Source: an uncultured Alphaproteobacteria bacterium
GTDB taxonomy: Bacteria > Pseudomonadota > Alphaproteobacteria > Paracaedibacterales > CAITNM01
Assembly: GCA_903874955.1 (NCBI GenBank)
Contig: CAIQTY010000025.1
Coordinates: forward strand, 83,037-147,036
DNA: 64,000 nt
Direction: 5' to 3'
The notes under the pieces were generated by a model, which was given only the letters and a program-made list of their open reading frames with translations, was not told the origin of the DNA and made no database searches. The position numbers and the translations under genes were made by a program. Positions 1-13,708 of the stretch are shown here, one piece after another. Each line of letters starts with the position of its first letter. Position 1 is the stretch's first letter.

Positions 1-3223
<3,223 letters not shown>

Positions 3224-3341
3224 AGATCTAAATAGCTAAAAGCGTACGCTCATCCTATAGGTTGGCAAGAAGCATCGCAAGGTTTTGGTGCGTTTGGTGT
3301 TTGAAATTGCCCGAATGGGAGAAACTTGTTAGAATTCCTTG

Positions 3342-3353
3342 TACAATATTGTA
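3342..3353. promoter_or_regulatory. Perfect 12-bp palindrome TACAATATTGTA (contains a -10-like TACAAT) just upstream of the MNT-HEPN operon; candidate autorepression operator
   Basis: Palindrome seen directly, ending 9 bp before ATG 3363. The operator role is inferred. Confidence 0.35.
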
Positions 3354-3362
3354 ACAATCTGT

Positions 3363-3680
3363 ATGGAATCAAAAGGGATACGCCTACAAGAATGGTAAAT
3401 GTCAGCCATATGTAAAATTTTCTCTGAATGTTTTGAAGCAGGCGCAAAATTATGGGTATTTGGTTCACGGGCTGATTTGACAAAACGTGGTGGTGACATA
3501 GATCTTTATGTTGAAACATCAATACAACCATTGCAAACCGCAATAGAAGCTAAAAACGCATTTCATATAAAGCTTATCAAGTCCATAGGCGATCAAAAAA
3601 TTGATATAGTTATTAATAATGCTTCTGATTCAAAGTTGATTTATGATATTGCAAAGACCGAAGGAGTGCAGTTGCTATGA
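3363..3680 (+). pseudogene. Minimal nucleotidyltransferase (MNT) antitoxin with an in-frame TAA at 3396-3398 (re-initiation at ATG 3399 is possible)
   Basis: MESKGIRLQEW*MSAICKIF...VFGSRADLTKRGGDIDLYV...QKIDIV; GS..DxD motif of the MNT family. Confidence 0.8.
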
Positions 3681-4137
3681 ACTCTAAAAATATTTTGCAA
3701 TTTTACGTCAAAGTCTGCGATAATCATGCCAATCGATTGCATGCAGCGATCTCAAACACAACCTCCCTTTTACAACAGAAATTCTGGACGAACTGACTCA
3801 GCAAGATGCGGCTTTTCTTGAAGTGGTTACTAGTCGGTTTGCTAAGCTGCAAGACACAATGGGACAAAAAATCTTTCCGTTAATTTTAACATCAGTCGGC
3901 GAAGAAGTTGCAAACAAAACCTTTATCGATATATTAAACATGTTCGAAAAGTTTGGCTTTATTGATAACGCAAATTTCTGGATATCTTTGCGACAAACAC
4001 GCAACGCCATTGCCAACGAATATCCTGACAACTTAGAGAAGTTAGTTATCGATCTGAATGCGGTGTACACTCAATCAGAAAAGCTTCTGGCCTACTGGCA
4101 GAAACTAAAAACAAGGATTGACCAGGTCGTTTCGTAG
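3677..4137 (+). pseudogene. HEPN-domain (HepT-like) toxin, frameshifted near 3750-3770
   Basis: ATG 3677 overlaps the MNT stop (ATGA) and reads MNSKNILQFYVKVCDNHANRLHAAIS. The homologous frame continues as LPFTTEILDELTQQDAAFLEVVTSRFAKLQDTMG...RNAIANEYP in another frame. Confidence 0.8.
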
Positions 4138-4144
4138 CTCCTAT

Positions 4145-4741
4145 TTAATTCATCAATTCAAAATCGTCTTTCAAACTTTGTTTTAGAAAAATTGGCAATA
4201 GGGATTTATAGCTATAATGGGGGTGGCTAATCGAAAGAGTCACATCTTCATTTAAAAAATCTGGAACTTTATCTGCTGGGATATGCCATTTTAAAAAATG
4301 CACGGAAGATGTTTTTTGATCAGATTCCCGGTTTCGTTCTTCAGTTGAATCAATGCTTGACGCTGTAATTACAATATTTTTAAACTCAAATCTTACATGT
4401 TGATTAATAGCATAAAGCTGATTAAGTATAACTTTTCTGCGATCAGCATCTTCAATTTCAATCATCATTGTTGCTGAAATTTCATAACCCTTTTCACGCT
4501 TTATTGGAATCATAGGATTATAAGCACAAAGTTCATCGCCCAATTGTTCCTGGCCACCTTTTTCAATGCGAAGCATTTCTTGGATTTGCCACCAAATCGT
4601 TTGTGTGTTTTCAAAATAAAAAGTAATGTCAGGCCCAACAGATAGTCTACGAATTTTCTTTAACTCAAGAATTTCTTGTTTTTTCAAAGGACGAATTTTT
4701 TCATATTCGTTAAGCGGCAAAATATCAGTATTGCTAAGCAT
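4145..4741 (-). CDS. DUF3501 family protein
   Basis: DILPLNEYEKIR...RRLSVGP..TFYFEN..TIWWQIQEMLRIEKGG...EL.AYNP.IP and KTSSVHFL signature. Confidence 0.85.
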   Translation of the reverse strand: MLSNTDILPLNEYEKIRPLKKQEILELKKIRRLSVGPDITFYFENTQTIWWQIQEMLRIEKGGQEQLGDELCAYNPMIPIKREKGYEISATMMIEIEDADRRKVILNQLYAINQHVRFEFKNIVITASSIDSTEERNRESDQKTSSVHFLKWHIPADKVPDFLNEDVTLSISHPHYSYKSLLPIFLKQSLKDDFELMN

Positions 4742-4751
4742 AATTTAAAAT

Positions 4752-5804
4752 CTAATCTGGGACCTTGAGGACGAGATTAGCAAATTTTGAGGGAATAATC
4801 TCGTTTTCATTCATCTTTGCAAAAAGTTGCTTGCGAAATTCTTGGCCAAAATAGTCGTATGGATCAGGTTTGATTGTAACTTTAGCTTTAAAATAAACTG
4901 CTGACTCAGTGATATTTGTAACACCGGTGATTTCAATATCTTTGATAATCTTATCTTTCCAATCGCTGCTTCGTTTCAAAGAATCGAAAACTTCAAGGTA
5001 AGTCTGTTCAACTTTTTTCAGATCTGCTCCAAGATCAACAGGAACGATAATGCTCGTTATAGTATAGTCGCGAGACAAATTAACAAGGTTAGATATTTCA
5101 GAAAACGAAATAACTTGGATCTTCCCACTTGCATGACGGAATTCTAAAGCCCTTAATGACATTCCTTCTATTTTCCCAATGTTTCCATTAATTTCAACGG
5201 TTTCACCAACAGAAACAATACCCTCAAATAAGGTCAAAACGCCTGAAATTATATCTTTTACAAGAGTCTGTGAACCTATAGAAATAGCCAAACCTAAAAC
5301 ACCAAAGCTGTAGATAAATGGCATAATATCAACACCAACTTCGGTCAGAACAATTAGGAATGTTATACCTATCAAAACCCAATGAAGAATAGAATTTAGT
5401 ATGGGCCCTGCTGTATTTGCCAAAGGCTGGGTATCACTTCCATGAAATTTACGGGTTTTTTTTACGATAGAGCTTACAAATTTGATCGTGAAACGATTGG
5501 ATGCTTTCCAAAAAAGCATAAATATAATTAGGATAATAATAATTCTGACAATAACTAATCCTAAATCAAGAATACGATCTGTCTTTACTAGGTCACGAAA
5601 TTTACTTAGGTGGTTTTCGTGCACATATTTTTCTACAGCAATCTCTTCAATAACATCTGCCGTATCTTTTTGAGCTTTAATGTCTTTAGAAGCGAATACT
5701 TTTTGCTGTACTGCCTTGTTTTTTGAGAAAGCAGCAGCTGCTGAGCTATTATCATTAGCGCCATGCAAAGTTACTATGATAAAAAAGATGAGTATCTTCA
5801 ACAT
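4752..5804 (-). CDS. Mechanosensitive channel, MscS family (YbiO-like)
   Basis: GVLGLAISIGSQTLVKDIISG, VGETVEING..GKIE..SLR motif; N-terminal signal-like segment. Confidence 0.9.
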   Translation of the reverse strand: MLKILIFFIIVTLHGANDNSSAAAAFSKNKAVQQKVFASKDIKAQKDTADVIEEIAVEKYVHENHLSKFRDLVKTDRILDLGLVIVRIIIILIIFMLFWKASNRFTIKFVSSIVKKTRKFHGSDTQPLANTAGPILNSILHWVLIGITFLIVLTEVGVDIMPFIYSFGVLGLAISIGSQTLVKDIISGVLTLFEGIVSVGETVEINGNIGKIEGMSLRALEFRHASGKIQVISFSEISNLVNLSRDYTITSIIVPVDLGADLKKVEQTYLEVFDSLKRSSDWKDKIIKDIEITGVTNITESAVYFKAKVTIKPDPYDYFGQEFRKQLFAKMNENEIIPSKFANLVLKVPD

Positions 5805-5862
5805 ATATTTAAAATATTAAATCGTATGGGTATTGTACAGAATATTTTAGCCCTTACCAATG

Positions 5863-6816
5863 CTAACGCACAAGCTTGCTGGCCATGAATTCATGAAGCT
5901 TTTCAGGTTCATCGAATTCTAATTTTACGTTAAACGAAAAAACCTTCTTTTTAAACCGTTCAGGAATACGCAAAAAATCTTTTGCTGTTGTTATCAGCTC
6001 CAGCTTTCTAAGGCTTGCCATTTTGACTAAACGTTCCATTTCTGGAATTGTATACGGATGATGGTCAGGAAAAGAGATGAAACGTTTAACTTCAAAACCA
6101 TATTGCTGTAAGGTACGGTTGAATTTTTCTGGGTACCCTAACCCAGCAAAGGCAATGACTGGTCTGGGCAGAACTTGATCAGTAGCGCGCATATGCGCAC
6201 GGGTTGCGTGGTGTATTCCCTTTGGTAAAACGCCATCCCCTATAGCAATTGTTATATTTGCCTTTCGTACGCCGCGGTTTGGTGATTCTCGCAACGGCCC
6301 AGCTGGAAAAACCTTACCATTTCCAAATCCTTGCAAGGTATCAACCACAAGCAAACTAACATCTTTGAATAAACTATTATTTTGCAGCCCATCGTCCATT
6401 ATAATAACGTTTGCTCCGTGGCTAATAGCGAGCTTTGCAGAAAGTGCTCTATTCTGCCCTGCCCAAGTTGTAGCTTTTTCAGCAAGCAGCAGCGCTTCAT
6501 CTCCAACTTGTAAATAAGAATGCTTAGTAGGATCAACGCGGATAGAATCTTTTATAACCGCTCCATACCCCCTACTTAGAATGTGGGGATTGAAGTCTAA
6601 TTTTTTAAGGATATCTACCAATGCTAATACTGTAGGAGTTTTGCCAGCCCCACCCATAACGAGGTTACCAACGCAAATCACCGGAACAGATACTTTTTGG
6701 GTTTTAGTCCGTTTACTATGCCACAAGCTTATATATTCATATCCCCAAGCAGCAGGTTGTAAAATCTTGCTGAGTATATTGTTGTCTTGCCAAAACTTAG
6801 GGGCTAAAAAAAACAT
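5863..6816 (-). CDS. lpxK: Tetraacyldisaccharide 4'-kinase
   Basis: VPVICVGNLVMGGAGKTP, LSRGYG, VGDE, MDDGLQ, PAGPLRE, FPDHH and TTAKD motifs. Confidence 0.96.
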   Translation of the reverse strand: MFFLAPKFWQDNNILSKILQPAAWGYEYISLWHSKRTKTQKVSVPVICVGNLVMGGAGKTPTVLALVDILKKLDFNPHILSRGYGAVIKDSIRVDPTKHSYLQVGDEALLLAEKATTWAGQNRALSAKLAISHGANVIIMDDGLQNNSLFKDVSLLVVDTLQGFGNGKVFPAGPLRESPNRGVRKANITIAIGDGVLPKGIHHATRAHMRATDQVLPRPVIAFAGLGYPEKFNRTLQQYGFEVKRFISFPDHHPYTIPEMERLVKMASLRKLELITTAKDFLRIPERFKKKVFSFNVKLEFDEPEKLHEFMASKLVR

Positions 6817-7402
6817 TCTTCACACTTGAGTTTTTATAGAAGGTAAAGGGTACAAAAACAGTACTTAAAAGTATTATATCACAACCAATAAAAATCAGTA
6901 GGCTATTTTTTTGCATAGTATTTAAAAAATCCACCAGAAATATTATAGGTGCTGTTAATAAAGGTAGCCATGCCAAAAGCAAGTTTAGTGAGTTTGACCG
7001 AGAAACAAAGACAAGCATATTAGATATACAAATACTTAAAATTATCCACTGAAAACACAGCAAAAAAGAAGCAATTATGCCTGTTCCAAAAATTAATAGA
7101 GTTGCAGCCATTGGAAGAAGCGTTGCAACTAATACGCTAAGAGACTTAGCCCAAATGTATGAAAAAAGATGCATTCCGTTAAAACGACAATGATCAAAAA
7201 AACCGTCATGAACATCTTCAAAATGACTTGAAAATTGCTGGTAAACTGTTATGACACAACCAACGAGCAACATCGTAATAGGTGAGACAGCTTCGCCAAT
7301 AATGTGGTGTATGATGAGAATCCAAGAAAAAAGAAGCGGGGCTACAAAAATTTGCCGGCGTTGAGCAAGCAATGAAATTTTGAAAGCCCCGTATAAGGTC
7401 AT
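6797..7402 (-). CDS. ccmB: Divergent heme exporter protein B-like membrane protein
   Basis: About 200 aa, multi-TM, with F-ED--DG-- (HFEDVHDGFFD), ..AK.. and LPL..P..IF motifs typical of CcmB. Confidence 0.6.
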   Translation of the reverse strand: MTLYGAFKISLLAQRRQIFVAPLLFSWILIIHHIIGEAVSPITMLLVGCVITVYQQFSSHFEDVHDGFFDHCRFNGMHLFSYIWAKSLSVLVATLLPMAATLLIFGTGIIASFLLCFQWIILSICISNMLVFVSRSNSLNLLLAWLPLLTAPIIFLVDFLNTMQKNSLLIFIGCDIILLSTVFVPFTFYKNSSVKNVFFSP

Positions 7403-9222
7403 GACCTATTGCGTGATTTTTCGTATTTTTTGCGTTCGTTAGGATCCAGAATAGCTTTACGAATACGAATTGATTTTGGCGTTACTTCAACACGCTCGTC
7501 TTCCTCAATATACGTAATGGCTTGCTCCAAGGTCATCACCTTCGGCGGAACCAACCTAATCGCTTCATCTTTTCCTGAAGCGCGCACATTGGTAAGTTGT
7601 TTTGCTCTCAATGGATTGATTTCAAGATCATTATCACGATTATTTTCCCCGATGATCATTCCTTCATAGACCTTAGTTCCATGTTCAACGAACATGATGC
7701 CGCGATCTTCAAGTTTCCACAAAGCATATCCAACTGCTTCACCTGTACCATTTGAAATCAGTACACCATTTGCGCGGCCTTCAATAACTCCCTTGAAAGG
7801 TGCATAACTATGGAAAAGACGGTTCATCACACCAGTACCACGCGTAATAGTTAGAAATTGACCATGAAAACCAATAAGACCCCGTGAAGGACCATGGAAG
7901 ATAATACGGGTTTTACCACCGCCTGATGGGAACATATCTTTCATTTCTGCTTTGCGCAGACTTAAAGATTCAACAACAGTTCCAACATATTCTTCATCTA
8001 CGTCAATAACGATTTCCTCAATAGGTTCAAGTTTTTGACCTGTTGCTTCATCTGTTTTATATAAAACGCGAGGACGACTAATTGAGAGTTCAAACCCCTC
8101 TCTGCGCATTGTTTCAATTAAAACTCCGAGCTGAAGCTCGCCTCGGCCTGCAACTTCAAACGCATCGCGATCAGCAGATTCAGTAATACGAATAGCAACG
8201 TTTCCTTCGGATTCACGCATGAGGCGATCACGAAGTACACGAGAAGTGAGCTTTGATCCTTCTTGTCCCGCGAGTGGTGAATCATTAATTGAAAAAGTCA
8301 TCGCTAAGGTTGGCGGATCAATTGGTTGCGCCTTAATCGGTGCATTAACTTCCATAGCGCAAATCGTATCAGCAACCGTACTTTTTTCAAGACCTGCAAT
8401 AGCTATAATATCGCCTGCTTCAGCTTCATCTACCGGCACCCGTTCAAGACCACGGAAACTTAAAAGTTTAGCTATACGACCCTGTTCAACTTGCTCACCT
8501 GACTGATTCAAAACGCGGATGGGTGTGTTTACTTTAATGCTGCCCGTTTCAACGCGACCAGTTAGAATGCGTCCTAAGTAGGAATCATATTCAAGAGTAG
8601 TCACCAACATTGAGAATGGTCCCTCTGCTTTTTGACGCGGCGCAGGAACGTGACTGGTAATGAGTTCAAACATGGGGATAAGGGTTTCTTGAGGCTCCCC
8701 AAGTTCACGCACCGCCCAACCATTTCGTCCCGATGCATACAAAATTGGAAATTCTAATTGCTCATCAGAAGCATCCATGGCCACGAAAAGGTCAAAAATT
8801 TCATTCAATACTTCTTCTGGGCGCGCATCTTGACGATCAATTTTGTTAATAACAACGATTGGACGTAATCCTAATTTTAGAGCTTTTCCAAGCACGAATT
8901 TAGTTTGAGGTAATGGACCTTCCGCGGCATCAACCAAAATCACAACGCCATCAACCATACTTAAAATGCGCTCAACTTCCCCGCCAAAATCGGCGTGACC
9001 AGGAGTATCAACAATATTGATTCTAAAATCATTCCAGTTAACCGATGTACATTTCGCAAGAATGGTAATACCACGCTCCCGTTCCAGATCGTTACTATCC
9101 ATGGCCCTCTCAGCCACATGTTGATTGGCCCTAAAGGTACCACTTTGCTTCAAAAGATTATCAACCAGCGTTGTTTTACCATGGTCGACGTGAGCGATAA
9201 TCGCAATATTACGGAGTTGCAT
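7399..9222 (-). CDS. typA: Translational GTPase TypA/BipA
   Basis: [55 protein letters not shown] and [11 protein letters not shown] motifs. Confidence 0.98.
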   Translation of the reverse strand: MQLRNIAIIAHVDHGKTTLVDNLLKQSGTFRANQHVAERAMDSNDLERERGITILAKCTSVNWNDFRINIVDTPGHADFGGEVERILSMVDGVVILVDAAEGPLPQTKFVLGKALKLGLRPIVVINKIDRQDARPEEVLNEIFDLFVAMDASDEQLEFPILYASGRNGWAVRELGEPQETLIPMFELITSHVPAPRQKAEGPFSMLVTTLEYDSYLGRILTGRVETGSIKVNTPIRVLNQSGEQVEQGRIAKLLSFRGLERVPVDEAEAGDIIAIAGLEKSTVADTICAMEVNAPIKAQPIDPPTLAMTFSINDSPLAGQEGSKLTSRVLRDRLMRESEGNVAIRITESADRDAFEVAGRGELQLGVLIETMRREGFELSISRPRVLYKTDEATGQKLEPIEEIVIDVDEEYVGTVVESLSLRKAEMKDMFPSGGGKTRIIFHGPSRGLIGFHGQFLTITRGTGVMNRLFHSYAPFKGVIEGRANGVLISNGTGEAVGYALWKLEDRGIMFVEHGTKVYEGMIIGENNRDNDLEINPLRAKQLTNVRASGKDEAIRLVPPKVMTLEQAITYIEEDERVEVTPKSIRIRKAILDPNERKKYEKSRNRS

Positions 9223-9434
9223 TTTGTATTTTTCTATTTGTTTTAAAGTTAAATTATATATTGTTTAGAAGGAAAAAACAAGAAAAGCCCACAAAAGAAC
9301 TTGGGACATGCTGATAAAAAAATATAAAAGAGTATTTGCAGAAAATTTTGCAGTTAGACAAACACAGACTTTAATCAATTAACATCTTTATCTATTTAAA
9401 TTTTATTAAAACCAATAGCAATAAAATACTATTA

Positions 9435-9450
9435 TTAATGAAATTTTAAC
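9435..9450 (+). promoter_or_regulatory. Candidate CtrA binding site TTAA-N7-TTAAC
   Basis: ttaa-tgaaatt-ttaac is an exact consensus match, 60 bp upstream of the 9511 ORF. The AT-rich context limits confidence. Confidence 0.4.
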
Positions 9451-9510
9451 AATTATATAAGCATTATAATGATAATACTGATTTATAACAAGATATAGAA
9501 AGGAATAGTT

Positions 9511-10011
9511 ATGAAAATTATATCAAAATACATAGCTCTTGCATTATTCGCTACGGGTTTTACGGATATCATAAACGCTTCAGCTGCGAGTAGTTTATAT
9601 TACCATGAGATTTCAAGCGATCAAGAATTTAAAACAATTCTAAAAAGTCACAACTACGTCGTCGTTCAATTTCATGATAACACACCAAGTACATCAATTA
9701 ACCCCAATCTAATACAATACAACGTATTCAATCAGTTTGCCAATAAACAAAACAAAGCTAAATCGGGAATCACATATATTGGCGCCAGCACCAAAATTGT
9801 TACAAATCTTACGCCATATGATATAACATCTTCAGATCTACCGGCATATGTTGCCTTCGTAAAAGAAATTGTTGCTTGTGCAGATACAGATCCTTACCCT
9901 TCATTAACACTCAAACACAAAAAAGATGGAACACTAACTTCTCTTACAGACCTTGAAAACCAAAGCACTAATCTCAAAATAACTGGGAGCGATTTCTTCG
10001 GTATATCGTGA
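9511..10011 (+). CDS. Secreted hypothetical protein with a thioredoxin-like fold lacking CxxC
   Basis: Signal peptide (ALALFATG...NASA). EISSDQEFKTILKSHNYVVVQF resembles the Trx N-terminus and YDITSSDLPAYVAF resembles the cis-Pro strand. RBS AAGGA. Confidence 0.55.
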   Translation: MKIISKYIALALFATGFTDIINASAASSLYYHEISSDQEFKTILKSHNYVVVQFHDNTPSTSINPNLIQYNVFNQFANKQNKAKSGITYIGASTKIVTNLTPYDITSSDLPAYVAFVKEIVACADTDPYPSLTLKHKKDGTLTSLTDLENQSTNLKITGSDFFGIS

Positions 10012-10038
10012 TGATTTAGATCATTAAGGATTTTCACG

Positions 10039-10064
10039 TCGCCCCTCACAATTATGCGGGGCGA
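10039..10064. terminator. GC hairpin between convergent genes
   Basis: TCGCCCC...GGGGCGA inverted repeat; no strong U-tract. Confidence 0.4.
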
Positions 10065-10120
10065 ATGATTCGTTTAGAGACAGCTTGCCGCTTGCTATGT
10101 TTAGCTTTGAGACTACTCAC

Positions 10121-11140
10121 CTACAATTTAATTTTCCTGGAATCAAAAGCATCGCGCACGGCTTCACCTGTAAAAATTAAAAGACTAAGCAAAATAGAAA
10201 TTGAAAAAAAAGCAGTGAGCCCGATCCAAGGGGCTTGAATATTATTTTTTGCCTGGGTTATCAATTCGCCCAAAGAAGCCGACCCTGGCGGTAATCCAAA
10301 TCCAAGGAAGTCCAGCGATGTAAGCGTAGCGATTGATCCATTTAAAATAAAAGGCAAGTAGGTAATGACTGCGACCATCGCATTAGGCAGCATATGGCAC
10401 CAAATAATACGCGCACTTGGAACCCCTAGAGCTTCCGCTGCCCTAACATAGTCAAGGGTGCGGGTGCGAAAAAATTCCGCCCGAACCACACCAACTAACG
10501 TCATCCATGAAAAGGTCAACATAATCGCAAGCAGCCACCAAAAGTTTGGTTCAATCATGCTGGAGAGAATAATGAGGAGATACAAAACCGGCAAGTTACT
10601 CCAGATTTCGATGAATCTCTGCATAATCAGATCAAATCTTCCACCAAAATATCCTTGAAGCGCACCAGCAAAAATACCAATTACCGATGCACCAAATGTC
10701 AGCGCCAAACCAAACAAAATAGAAATACGAAATCCATAAATAGAACGAGTAAGGACGTCACGGCCTTGATCGTCGGTCCCCAGAAGATTATTAAAAGTAG
10801 GAGGTGATGGCGCTGGTCTGCTAAGGGCATAGTTTACCGTACTTGTCCCAAAAGGAATTGGCGCCCAAACCATGAAGCCATTTGGCTTAATCAGTTTTTG
10901 CACAAAAGGATCACGATAGTTCGTTGCCGTTTCGAAGGTGCCACCAAAGGTGGTTTCTGAATAATTTTTAAAAACAGGAAAATAAAAATCACCCTTATAA
11001 CTAACCAACAAAGGCTTGTCGTTAGCAATAAATTCAGCGCATAAAGTGATTAAAAAAATACCCAAAAATATGAAAAAAGAATAATACCCTCTTTTGTTTG
11101 CCTTAAATTGGTATAATCGCCTTTGCGTAATTGGATTCAT
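10121..11140 (-). CDS. yejE: Peptide/microcin C ABC transporter permease (YejE-like)
   Basis: RRLYQFKANKRGYYS, ANDKPL, LGTDDQGRDV, YVRAAEALG and LDFLGFGLPPGSASLGEL motifs. Confidence 0.9.
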   Translation of the reverse strand: MNPITQRRLYQFKANKRGYYSFFIFLGIFLITLCAEFIANDKPLLVSYKGDFYFPVFKNYSETTFGGTFETATNYRDPFVQKLIKPNGFMVWAPIPFGTSTVNYALSRPAPSPPTFNNLLGTDDQGRDVLTRSIYGFRISILFGLALTFGASVIGIFAGALQGYFGGRFDLIMQRFIEIWSNLPVLYLLIILSSMIEPNFWWLLAIMLTFSWMTLVGVVRAEFFRTRTLDYVRAAEALGVPSARIIWCHMLPNAMVAVITYLPFILNGSIATLTSLDFLGFGLPPGSASLGELITQAKNNIQAPWIGLTAFFSISILLSLLIFTGEAVRDAFDSRKIKL

Positions 11141-11396
11141 AGATTCCCTTCCTTAAGAGCTTATACTAGCGAGTTTTTGAAAAATTGATAAGCCATGTGA
11201 GTCTTCTTCGAATAAACCCCTACTTAAATCAAACTGGCTTTAATCAATTAGTTTGTATCCTGCCCATAGATTGCATTAAAACTACTTATAATGCCTTTTT
11301 TTAAATTTTTTTCTTTTAAGAATCTACTTTCTCTTGAATATTAGGGGCAACCAAGGCAGTGTATATCTCAGGAAAATCTGAAAAAAGTTTTAAAAA

Positions 11397-12080
11397 GTGC
11401 CTAATATTTTTCAAATAATTCATAGCGATGGCTGGAAGTTCATCGCGATTTTTGCAGCCGTTGCGTTCATATTAGCGATGATTAATCCCAATTTAGGTTG
11501 GGTAGGCGCAGTTCTAACTGCATGGTGCATGTACTTTTTTAGAAATCCAGAAAGAACTGTACCTAGTCGTGAAGGATTGGTCGTCAGCCCTGCTGATGGA
11601 ATAGTTTGTCAGATAATGTCGGTAATACCTGATCCTGAGCTTGAACTTGGCGATGAGGCACGCACAAGAGTGAGCATTTTTCTTAATGTGTTCGATGTAC
11701 ACGTCAATCGTGTGCCTATTGGGGGAACTGTTCACAAAGTTATTTACCATGAAGGTCAATTCATAAATGCATCATTTGATAAAGCAAGCGAAAAAAATGA
11801 GCGTAACACTGTTGTGGTCGACACTGCAGATGGTAATCGTCTTGCCTTTGTTCAAATTGCAGGCTTAATTGCACGACGCATACGATGCGATCTTTTTGCG
11901 CTCGAAACTGTTGAAACGGGGCAAGTTTTTGGATTGATAAGATTTGGCAGCCGCATGGATGTCTATCTGCCCGAGGGAATGGAGCCACTTGTTGTGGAAG
12001 GACAAAGAATGATAGCAGGCGAAACTGTTTTGCTGGACCTGAACAATTTAGAACCGGCAAGACGAGGGGTTAAACGTTAG
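11397..12080 (+). CDS. psd: Phosphatidylserine decarboxylase proenzyme
   Basis: FFRNPER, VSPADG, SIFLNVFDVHVNR, QIAGLIARRI and RFGSRMD (GS cleavage site). Confidence 0.96.
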   Translation: MPNIFQIIHSDGWKFIAIFAAVAFILAMINPNLGWVGAVLTAWCMYFFRNPERTVPSREGLVVSPADGIVCQIMSVIPDPELELGDEARTRVSIFLNVFDVHVNRVPIGGTVHKVIYHEGQFINASFDKASEKNERNTVVVDTADGNRLAFVQIAGLIARRIRCDLFALETVETGQVFGLIRFGSRMDVYLPEGMEPLVVEGQRMIAGETVLLDLNNLEPARRGVKR

Positions 12081-12913
12081 TGGTGCTTAGGCGCAAAGAC
12101 AAGACAAACCCTAAAAAAGGAATTCTCAAAGGGAGAATTCGCAAAAAATTTGCCGAACGTCGTTTAAAATCTGAACCACTAACAGCGCTTTTACCGCATA
12201 TTATAACAGTAACGGCTTTGTGCCTTGGGTTAACCGGTATAAGATTTGCGCTTCAAGAAAATTGGGAAGGTGTAATTCTTGCTATTGTCATTGCGGCTTT
12301 TCTCGATGGAGTCGATGGACGCTTAGCGAGATTACTTGGAACAACCAGTCATTTTGGCGCAGAGCTTGATTCATTCGCCGATGTTATTAATTTTGGAATA
12401 GCACCTGCGCTGGTAATGTATTTTTTCTCTATTCATTCTTTAGGCAATCCCGGCTGGGCTGTAGTGCTATTTTTCTCCGTTTGTATGGTGCTGCGCTTAG
12501 CCCGCTTTAATGTCATGGCGTTTGATGAAACTAAGTTTCCTGCATGGGGGAAACAATTCTCTGTAGGTGCACCGGCACCAGCTGCTGCTTTATTGTGTCT
12601 GAGTCCTCTGATTTTTCATCTAGCCTTTCCATCACTTCATTTTGGCCCTGTAGCAGTTGCTATTGTAATGGTATGCGTTGGAGGTTTAATGGTCAGCCGC
12701 ATACCAACCCTATCATTAAAAAAGCTGCCCCTTACCCAACAACACGCTATTCCAGTTGTACTCGCTGTTGTTGTATTGCTGGGTTGTCTTTATAGTGCCC
12801 CATGGATAACATTATCATTAGCGATTTTATCGTATGTCGCTACTATGCCATGGGTATATTGGAAATATCTCATATTCATCAAAAACCAACTCCCAACTCA
12901 AGAGAATTTATAG
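12080..12913 (+). CDS. pssA: CDP-diacylglycerol--serine O-phosphatidyltransferase
   Basis: CDP-alcohol motif DGVDGRLAR...FGAELDSFAD and LRLARFN; follows psd. Confidence 0.94.
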   Translation: MVLRRKDKTNPKKGILKGRIRKKFAERRLKSEPLTALLPHIITVTALCLGLTGIRFALQENWEGVILAIVIAAFLDGVDGRLARLLGTTSHFGAELDSFADVINFGIAPALVMYFFSIHSLGNPGWAVVLFFSVCMVLRLARFNVMAFDETKFPAWGKQFSVGAPAPAAALLCLSPLIFHLAFPSLHFGPVAVAIVMVCVGGLMVSRIPTLSLKKLPLTQQHAIPVVLAVVVLLGCLYSAPWITLSLAILSYVATMPWVYWKYLIFIKNQLPTQENL

Positions 12914-13042
12914 ATTAAAAAATCTCTTTTTAAATTTTTTCTGTCTTCTACGTAGCGCACATAATTATCTTCAATACAATCTAATCTGTGATAGTATTAT
13001 GGCCATGTTAAATTTTTAACGATTCATTATTTTAAGAATGCT

Positions 13043-13708
13043 ATGGAAGACAGAAAAAATCGAACCATTTACGGACGAAGACAAGCTCGCCCTTTAAAAG
13101 AAACCCAAAAGCATCTGCTTGAAAATTTTTTGCACACAATAAAAATTCATCCGGGCAAAATACCGGAAACTTTTCCAGGGGATGTTATTTTTGAAATTGG
13201 TTTTGGTAGTGGCGAAAATCTTATCCACCAAGCGCAAATAAGTCCCAAGGCATTATGTATAGGTTGCGAACCTTTCATGAACGGTGTTGCTGCCTTAATA
13301 AGCAAAATTATGGAACTTAATATAGAAAATATTGCAGTTTACGATGATGACGCTAAATTTCTACTAGAGGCTCTACCCTATCAGGTTATTTCAAAAGCTT
13401 TTATCCTATTTCCTGATCCCTGGCCGAAAAAACGTCACCATAAGCGCAGGGTAGTCAATTTAGAAAACTTGTTGCTATTACACAGCAAAATGAAAAAAGA
13501 TGCTGAACTGATTATTGCAACGGATCACCCTGGTTACTTAGATTGGATCCTAGAGATAAGCTCTAGAGAAAATTTCATAAAGCATTTTAAGATCACTCAC
13601 ACCCACGAAATGCCAAGACCAAGTGAGGCAGAAATACCTGTAACAAGATATGAAAAAAAGGCGCTCGAGAATCGTCCCGGCGCCTTTTTGAAGTTTAAAG
13701 TTATTTAA
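13043..13708 (+). CDS. trmB: tRNA (guanine-N7)-methyltransferase
   Basis: EIGFGSGE, FPDPWPKKRHHKRR, ATDH and TRYEKKA motifs. Confidence 0.96.
   Translation: MEDRKNRTIYGRRQARPLKETQKHLLENFLHTIKIHPGKIPETFPGDVIFEIGFGSGENLIHQAQISPKALCIGCEPFMNGVAALISKIMELNIENIAVYDDDAKFLLEALPYQVISKAFILFPDPWPKKRHHKRRVVNLENLLLLHSKMKKDAELIIATDHPGYLDWILEISSRENFIKHFKITHTHEMPRPSEAEIPVTRYEKKALENRPGAFLKFKVI

Noticed and set aside
3250-3543. 97-aa minus-strand ORF ending PKPCDASCQPIG
   Set aside because: Half of it is antisense to the MNT gene and no family is recognisable. A gene remnant cannot be excluded but is unsupported.
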